A stretch of DNA of 64,000 nt from Octopus vulgaris (lineage: Eukaryota), in contig OX597820.1 in assembly GCA_951406725.2 (NCBI GenBank), positions 52,080,001 to 52,144,000 of the forward strand, given 5' to 3'. The notes below the pieces were generated by a model. The model saw only the letters and a list, made by a program, of their open reading frames with translations, ran no database searches and was not told where the DNA came from. Position 1 is the stretch's first letter, and each line of letters opens with the position of its first letter. This document shows positions 55,527 through 64,000 of the stretch, in pieces. The translations under genes and the position numbers were made by a program.

Positions 55527-55741
55527 ATTTTCTCACCTTTTTAACCCTTTATTTTCTTTGTTTACTTTTATATTTTATATTTCTTCCCCTTTTTCCTATC
55601 ACATGACTTTGTAAATGAACAATCTGGTGTGAATATTTTAATGGCCTACAAATGTATACAGTGCGTGCCTGTGTCCTAGGTGGTAGGAAGGCTCTGGGCA
55701 AGCAAAAGAAACAGAATTGAAAGAAGATGATAATAAAAGTG

Positions 55742-55823
<82 letters not shown>

Positions 55824-55830
55824 CAATAAT

Positions 55831-57756
55831 AAGATAGCACCTACTCTGCGAAACTTTTTGTCTGTAAGTATGAGATCATGGAGAAACACACTAACTTTGA
55901 ACAGTGACAATGAATCTCTAAATGCTGGTGACGTAAAAATTTCATGTGGCATTTTCCAGGGTGACTCACTATCACAACTCCTCTTCTGTTTAGTCTTAAT
56001 ACCTCTCTCAAAACTGCACAATGTCGCGCAGTACGGATATAAAATGTTTGATAAAAATATAAATCATCTCATTTACATGGATGATTTAAAGCTCTTTGCA
56101 AAAAATGACCAACAACTCAAGGGCATACTAGCGATTGTCAAACAATTCAGTGATGACATCAGAATGCGATTCGGCCTCGATAAATGTGCAAAAGCTACCT
56201 TTATCAAAGGAAAAATTACAGAAACATCTAACGTTAACCTTGACAAGCAGAATGTCATAAAAGAATTAGACCCAGAGGAGAAATACAAGTATCTAGGGGT
56301 AATTGAAGGAGACGTAATAAGGCATTCAGAGATGAAGGAAAGGATCAGGAGAGAATGTTATCGCAGAGAAAGAGCAATACTCAAGACAGAGCTGAATGCG
56401 AGAAACAGGATCGAAGCGATCAATGCATTAGCCATACCAGTCGTGACTTACAGTTTCACTATCGTTAACTTGTCAATTACTGAAATATGTAATCTTGACA
56501 GAAAAATACTAAAACTATTGATAATGCATAGAATGCACCACCCTAAGGCAGATACAGAGCGACTTTATCTGCCAAGAAAAGAGGGAGGCCGTGGACTTTT
56601 ACAACTGGCAACCTGAAAAACTCTGAGGACTGGATGTTAAAACTTGTCTCAAAACATGAAAACAAGAAAGCATCATACTCAGTAACAAAACGGGCAAGGG
56701 GAAATCTAAGTGAATTCCGAATACAACAAATTTCGGAATTAGAGATAGACATACAAGGAACAGGCACAGAAAAAGCTAAGCACATGAAAACCCGTGCTAA
56801 ATCTGCGGCCTTAGATATTCTGAATGATAAATGGCAAGAAAAACCTCTCTATAGCAAATACCCAAAGAGAGCGAATAATGCAGATGTTGACAAAGCCCTG
56901 ACCCATCAATGGCTAATGGCCTCTGGCTTAAAATCTGAAACAGAGGGGTTTATCATACCAGCTCAAGATCAATGCCTACCAACAAGAAACTACCAGGCCA
57001 ACATACTAAAGATCGGCAGTAGCACAACATGTCGAGTATGTCAGCAAGAAAATGAAACCATGGATCATGTGGTCTCCAAGTGCAGTCTTCTAGCGCCTAC
57101 AGAGTATCTCAACAGGCATGATAGAGCTGCACAATATATTCACTGGGTAATCTGCAAAACCTGGATTTGCCCCATGAAAAAAACTGATGGGAACATAAAC
57201 CACCCCCAGTGCTTGAAAATGACCACATCTCACTCCTCTGGAACTTCACCATTCAAACTGACAGAAAGATAGATGCAAATAGGCCAGACATCATATTGAA
57301 AGACTTCAAACAAAGAACATGCTTCCTCATTGATATGACTGTCCAAATCGATATAAACGTATCTGTCAAGACCTACCAAAAACTGAACAAAGATCTTGAA
57401 ATAGAAATCAGCAAAATGTGGAACCTGAAAACTAAAACAATACCTGTTGTCATAGGTGCCATGGAAATGATAGCAAAAAGGGCTGATAGCTACCTAACTC
57501 AGATATCAAAAAAACCCAAAATGGCAGAAATTCAAAAGATAGTGCTCATGGAAACTGCTCATATCCTACGCAAAATACTTTCTATGTAATCTCAAGATTT
57601 AAAACAAACATTTTTTTAGACATCCACTAGTACAACACAAAAACAACCAAATATAGGCATAACAACAACGTGAACTTCCAACCTGCTGTCTCTTGAGGTC
57701 CTGGGTGAGACTTGGAGCCAACTTGTACAAGTATAAAGCAAAAGTCAAACATATGA
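55831..57756 (+). mobile_element. R4/Dong-type non-LTR retrotransposon, 5'-truncated and frameshifted, inserted in (TAA)n
   Basis: GIFQGDSLS, YMDDLK, KYLGV, MHHPKAD..RLYLPRKEGGRGL, CCHC CRVC...H...C, RHD, REL RPDI...ID; (TAA)n at 55730-55830 and 57757-58035. Confidence 0.92.
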
Positions 57757-57808
57757 TAGTAATAATAATAATAATAATAATGATAATACTAATAATAATA
57801 ATAATAAT

Positions 57809-57930
<122 letters not shown>

Positions 57931-57975
57931 TGATAATGATAATAATAATAATGATACTGCTACTACTACTACTAC

Positions 57976-58030
<55 letters not shown>

Positions 58031-58149
58031 AATAGTAAAGCAGATGACGATGACGAGAAGGAGGGGAGGAGGAGGGAAAGGAAGAAAAGTTGGAAAGGGG
58101 AAGATGAGAGAAACTGTAACCACTGTTACAGCAAATATCTGATGACCTA

Positions 58150-59420
58150 CGAATAAGTGAAATGAGGATATTACCAGCTTTGAGTGGATTTGTAATTGAA
58201 AACTGCGAAAATCGGTGAGAAACTGGATGAGGGCTTAACTGAAATTAATTCTAAGACAGTCTATCTGAGATAAATCAGTGTGATGTTTTAAAAAAGTAGG
58301 TTCACAAATTCGAAATTTGTGAACATACTTTGCGAAAACATCACAAGATGATATCGTTATATACTTGGAACATAAGAAATGGTTCATGCAACTATTGTTG
58401 TAGCAGGACGATAAGATAATGGAAAGTAAATTGAAAGATAGAATTTCCAAAGTGTCCAAGAAAGTATTTAAGTGTGTCCTCGAAATAATTACAACTGGAT
58501 GGAATATTATCAAGTCAAAAAATACGCAACAAATGAAAGTTTTGTAATGTTCAGTGCCTTTGCCAAAATGGTGAAAGACAGGGCCACAGAAGCTAGATAG
58601 ATCTAGCATGCTATTTATATTACACAATGTGCACCATCCTAATTATTTTATGGATATGTTCTAATCACCAAAAAGAGATGAAAAGAGAGGTTTATTAAAC
58701 GCGGACATAAGATGTATTGTCTACGGTCAAATATATTCAAACCTACAGTATAACAGTAGAGAATTCAAAAGCAGGTCGATAAGATACTGGACAGACGGTT
58801 CGAATGTAGTAAATACAAGAAAATATTTCATGCAGGAAGTCAAGTAAGTTGGAAATAAAGAACGCCGGTTGTTACTTGAAACGAGAAAAAGAATCGCTGA
58901 TCATACGTACTCGGGGCACGTACTTAAAAGTGCTCGATAAACACAAAGTTTAAACGAAAATCTACGACAGAGCAAACGCAGTATGTTGCAAGAGAGATGA
59001 ATGTAGTAACAATTTCCAAAGTGAATATTTCAAGCTGGCGCAAATAGATAACAAACGCTAGTATTACTCTGACGGTAAAAGAAAGCATTGTGTTGCTAGC
59101 CAAGTTTTGGGGTTCGAAGACATAAAATAGTGGTACAAAACAAGAACTATTATCGGTCGATGGTAATTGACAAAATTGAAAAAAGAAAAAAAAAAGTTCA
59201 AGATCTTGTCAGAGAAAGGAAGAGACTGTGAAAGATGACGGAGACAATATTCCTGTCAGACTTGGTGAACTTATCACCCAACAGCCTAAATATTGGAATT
59301 TCCGACACACACTGTTAACATGTAGAAAAGCGTCAGCTAGTATTCTGCGTATTTCCTAAAATAGATTCTTGATATTTAAGGAGACAACGTCGCGAAGCTT
59401 CAAGATAACATCTCTACTAA
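58150..59420 (+). mobile_element. Ancient R4/Dong-like remnant
   Basis: LDR...HNVHHPNYFMDMF*SPKRDEKRGLLN near 58590-58700 parallels MHHPKADTERLYLPRKEGGRGLL; otherwise heavily decayed. Confidence 0.55.
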
Positions 59421-59677
59421 TTAAACGAGCAGGGATGTTTTCATGAGATTTTGCGATACATTATGGTTCCATTTGTGTAATAATAATGAAGATAATGGTG
59501 ACGCTGATAATAACAATAATAATTATAATATTTTTATAAAATTTGACGTAAATCTTCACGAAGATTTATAGAGCATGAATCCTAAAATAGATTCATGAGA
59601 TATAAGGAGACAATGCCGCGAAGCTCCAAGATATCATCCCTGCTAATTACAATCGCATCGCACTCTTCTTCATGTCT

Positions 59678-59678
59678 A

Positions 59679-59722
<44 letters not shown>

Positions 59723-59992
59723 AATGATGATGACGACGACGGTGACGATGATGACGGAGAAGGAGAGACGGATAAGGAAAAGTAAGGGGACGACGACGAG
59801 AAAGAGAAGAAGAAGAAGAAGAAGAAGAAGAAGAAGAAGAAGAAGAAGAAGAAGAAGAAGAAGAAGAAGAAGAAGAAGAAGAAGAAGAAGAAGAAGAAGA
59901 AGAAAAAGAAGAAGAAGAAGAAGAAGAAGAAGAAGAAGAAGAAGAAGAAGAAGAAGAAGAAGGAGGAGGAGGAGGAGGAAGAAGAAGAGGAT
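59678..59992. repeat. (GAT)n/(GAA)n/(GAG)n microsatellite
   Basis: Directly visible. Confidence 0.97.
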
Positions 59993-60213
59993 AGTACTGA
60001 AAATGACAACTATATATATATATTTATTACTTAGAATGCCGGAAACATATAGCATATGTAAATGATAGTCGTAAAATTTATGCTGCGATGAAAACATTGG
60101 GATGAGCAAGAAGTTTCTGAAATGAACATAATCAAAACTAGAGAATAGAACTGAATAAATACTGATCTGCTTAACAAGGGCAAGAATTTAAGCTATTTAT
60201 GTGAGATATCGGA

Positions 60214-60530
60214 TTGGCTCAGCAAATGAAACTTGACGTTGTAATCGTTTCCTTAAACGCGCAAGATAATGATAGAGAGATATCTCGCTTCCTGAATGTT
60301 GCCCGATCCTTCGTTATCAAAGATGGAAAAGAGCTGGAAAATGCTGATGAGTATCCAGCGTCTACAGCTAAACACGAAACGCATACACAGGGTCTTAATG
60401 CCATCAGAACATATGTCTTTGTAGGAAACGTCCAAGAAAACGCCCCAGAAGGTTAGAGATATGGAAAAGGACCACAAGATTTCAGAATGAATTTTATCAG
60501 AAGAGTTCTTCATGAAGATATCCAGTACAA
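60214..60530 (+). mobile_element. Tc1-like transposase N-terminal (HTH) remnant
   Basis: VIVSL....DREISRFLNVARSFV.K..KELE fits an HTH; no catalytic domain seen. Confidence 0.5.
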
Positions 60531-60744
60531 GTCGATGTTCAACTGCATGCTTGTTATTTCAGGGTAGAATGAAAGGGAAAATAAAATACAGTAATACAGC
60601 AAATCAAAAATTTCTGAAAATTATTGAGGTAAATTGTAAATCCCTGCTTGTAAATATAACTAAAGATAAATATTTACTTCCATACTGGTTCTATGAATCC
60701 GTAATAATTAAGTCCGGTCTTAATATACGCCTGAATACAGTAGC

Positions 60745-61218
60745 AAAGAAGAAGAAGAACATGAACAAGAAGAAAGAGAAGGAAGCGGGGGAAGAGGAGG
60801 AAGAGGGGGAGGGGAGGAAGGGGAAGGAGGAGGAGAGAGAAAAGAAGAAGAGGAAGAGGAACAAGAAGAACGATGATGAAGAGGAGGAGGGGAAGGAGAA
60901 GAAGAAGAAGAAGAAGAAGAAGGAGGAGGAGAAGGAGGAGCAGGAGGAGAGGAAGAAGTAGAAGGAGAAGAAGCAGAAGAAGAAGAAGAAGAAGAAGAAG
61001 AAGGAGAAGAAAAAAACGGAGACAAAGAAGAAGAAGAAGAAGAAGAAGAAGAAGAAGAAGAAGAAGAAGAAGAAGAAGAAGAAGAAGAAGAAGAAGAAGA
61101 AGAAGAAGAAGAGATGAAAAAACGGAGACAAAGAAGAAGAAGAAGAAGAAGAAGAAGAAGAAGAAGAAGAAGAAGAAGAAGAAGAAGAAGAAAAAGAAGA
61201 AGAAGAAGAAGAAGAAAA
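60745..61218. repeat. Polypurine (GAA)n/(GAG)n tract
   Basis: Directly visible; internal repeat of aaaaaacggagacaaagaag. Confidence 0.97.
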
Positions 61219-63389
61219 ATAATCTGTATGGATCGCAAAAAACACTGTAACAAATGATAATGATAAATCAAAAAAAAAAAAAAAAACAATGAAGCAACCA
61301 CAATTTGTGTATGGACATTGTTAAAAGTTAGATTTTATCGCTGTTGTTTTTTTTCTTTCTTCGACCGTTTGTAATTAGTTACTGAAACATTTTTATTCTC
61401 ATAATTATTGATTCGTTACCATTCATTATTCATTCAAGATATTTAATTTGATTATTAAATTTCTGTTTTACCGTGCATTATTGTATTATTTATAACGTTT
61501 TAACATCTTTTTTTTTTTGTATCTCCATTAATGACAAAGAAAATCTTTTCTTTTGTTTTCTAATGTTTGGAACTGTTGTCGCTAAATTAGCAATGCTTTT
61601 GCACTAATTACATCTCTATTGATTCATAATTTTTAAGATATGAAACCAATTTGAATTCAGAATTTTCAACAATTTTATTGCAATATTGAGTTGAACTGCT
61701 TGATTAAAAGTATATATACGCGTGATATTCGATTTAGTAATAATGATATTCGAATTTTTATGCCATGACAATTAAGATACTTTACGTTATTATAATACCA
61801 AATAATTCATTTCGAATATTGCATAAGTATAAGAATAGCAGTTCCGAACTGAAATTAATTTTGGTGTTAAATCATTTTCCACACAACCTGTAAGCTCTTC
61901 AAATGTTCCTTCTTTTGGGAACTGTGTAAATTTTTATCCTCTGTTACAGAAATCTAAAAGTGATTTGCCGCTCTCGTTCCACCCCAACCCGTACCTATTT
62001 TACTGCTTTTGGTCAGATGCTGTTTGACGACGGTAATCATTAATAATGTTTCAAATTCATTACAGTGTCCTGTAGGTACTTTTTCAGATATTTTCAACTT
62101 TGGCAATCATTATTACAATGATGGAAATTATTCGTCGAGGCTTGTTTCACTTTAAAAAAAAAAAGGACGCTGCGTTTTACACCGGTAAACATACAAATGC
62201 AACAGTCACAGGGACATTATTCAAGCATTAGTATATTTATACACAAATGTCATTGGCTGTGACGAATCCAGCATCACACTGTTGATGGAGTATACTGCGT
62301 TTAACAAACCTCATTTTTAATTTCTTTTTGGTGATTAGAACATACCCATAACACATTTAGGATGGTGCACATTGTGCAATATGAATAGTATGCTAGCACG
62401 TGCACACACACATACACACACACACACACTCACACGCAGAGACGCAAGTATGTATATTCCACATTTTCAGCTCAAAAATCTTCTTTGTGAGATCACAAAG
62501 AAAAGGAGAAGTGAATCCAAATATTTATATAAGCATGTATATAGGTATCAAAGGTATTCCTCTACCTGTGTATGCAGAAGAATAGCTTTCACCAATGTGT
62601 TTTACAGTTAGATGTAGGCAATAAGACGGAGTTTCGAATCTAAAGTCGTATCCACGTCGATGTGCCTGCACTCATATAAGTACATCATCTCTGGATGGCT
62701 AACAGCTAGGTCACATTTGAGAATCCGTTGCCGTAGAATCGGTCTGTGTTCTCTTTCACCATGTAATTTAGAGTATAAATAAGTATATACAGAAGTAATC
62801 TACATACAGCCTAAAGAGGCTCTGTAAGTTAGAAAGTGTGATTTGTATCAAAGTAATATAAAATGCATCCTTCGCTACAGGAGCAAAAACTTAAATATTT
62901 AATGCTAAGTTGCTTGCGAAAATTATTCTTCGTTCTAGAGATAGTTGCACATATCAGCATAAAGATTTGGATTCATTATCTCAAGCCAATGAATCGCTGA
63001 TTACTTTCACACTAGAGTGTACTTATACTGAATTAACTATACGAAACAAGACAGTATACTTAAAAGTAAGACAATAGAATGTAAATGTTAGCTTTGAGCT
63101 TAATTCAGTGTCATCTAAAATAAACACCGTTAATTTATTTCTTTTGTCGTTTAAATAATCTTTTGAATTTCAAGTCGCCAATTTGCTACACCAGTGAGAC
63201 ATGCAATTCTATTTCATTACGATGCGGTTAGTAAACTGGAAGATATAATATAAAATATACATATATATACATAGAAATCTGTAAGGGTCATTGGATGCCC
63301 CTTTGTAGACCCCCTATTAGTCAGTTTTGCTGTCCTTATTCTTCTGATTATTATTATGGCTTGATAATAATTGTTTGATAATATGAAGG

Positions 63390-63730
63390 CTTCGAGCTGT
63401 TAGAAACATTAGCACGCTGGACGAAAAGGTTGACTTTGCCTTTCATCCTTTCGGGGTCGATAAATTAAGTACCAGTTGCGCACTGGGGTCGATGTAATCG
63501 ACTTAATACCTATGTCTGTCCTTGTTTGTCCCCTCTGTGTTTAGCCCCTTGTGGGTAATAAAGAAATAGGTATTTCGCTACTTTCTGAGTTCAGATTCTA
63601 CCGAGGTTGACGTTGACGTTCATCCCTTCGGGGTCGATGAATTAAGTATCAGTTGAACACTGGGATCATAGTAATCGACTCGTCCTCCTCCCCAAATTGA
63701 CTGACTTTGTGGCAAAATTTGAAACTATTA
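63390..63730 (+). mobile_element. Dimeric SINE family D
   Basis: Two copies of the gac.ttg.c.ttcatcc.ttcggggtcgat.aattaagta.cagttg..cactggg core. Confidence 0.85.
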
Positions 63731-64000
63731 TTACGGTTTGATAGCTAGCGCTAGCACGTACTTTTGTAAATTCTCACTGTGCCACGTCTTTTAATTCACT
63801 GAAATGAATTTTGCAACCCTTGGATCAATGAAAGATGGTGATATTGTTGATGACGTTCTTATAGTTGTCATGGCTTTTGTTTTGATGTTTTGATATTTTT
63901 TTTGCTATGATGGTTTTTAGGTTTTTCGTGTTGGCAGGAGTTATTATCTATTGTTAGTTTTATTTTAAAGTACATAATTGGATTGCGTGCTACGCTGAGT

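Overview
Eukaryotic, AT-rich, microsatellite-saturated, repeat-dominated DNA with no host gene I can support. The repeat mix (tRNA-derived SINE families, Penelope-like elements, R4/Dong, long (TA)/(GATA)/(TAA)/(GAA) arrays) looks like a cephalopod (octopus-like) intergenic or intronic region, but that is inference. Main contents: (1) a near-intact Neptune-type Penelope-like element (PLE) with an 848-codon RT + GIY-YIG frame, nested inside a SINE; (2) an older PLE flanked by pseudo-LTRs and split by a 4.6-kb mosaic insert; (3) a decayed PLE with an inverted 5' arm; (4) several R4/Dong-type REL retrotransposons next to (TAA)n; (5) two near-identical L1/Tx1 3' ends in microsatellites; (6) mariner/Tc1, hAT and Helitron remnants; (7) at least six hammerhead-ribozyme (HHR) motifs. 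The two best leads are a non-coding, longer-than-unit-length element (564-bp unit + 99-bp terminal repeat) with a fully canonical type I HHR at 32107-32169, and a TSD-flanked element joining a tRNA-derived head to an HHR tail at 53123-53604. Most short ORFs in the track are microsatellite artefacts. No CRISPR, rRNA or bona fide tRNA gene was seen. All structures were read by eye; no database search or folding was run.
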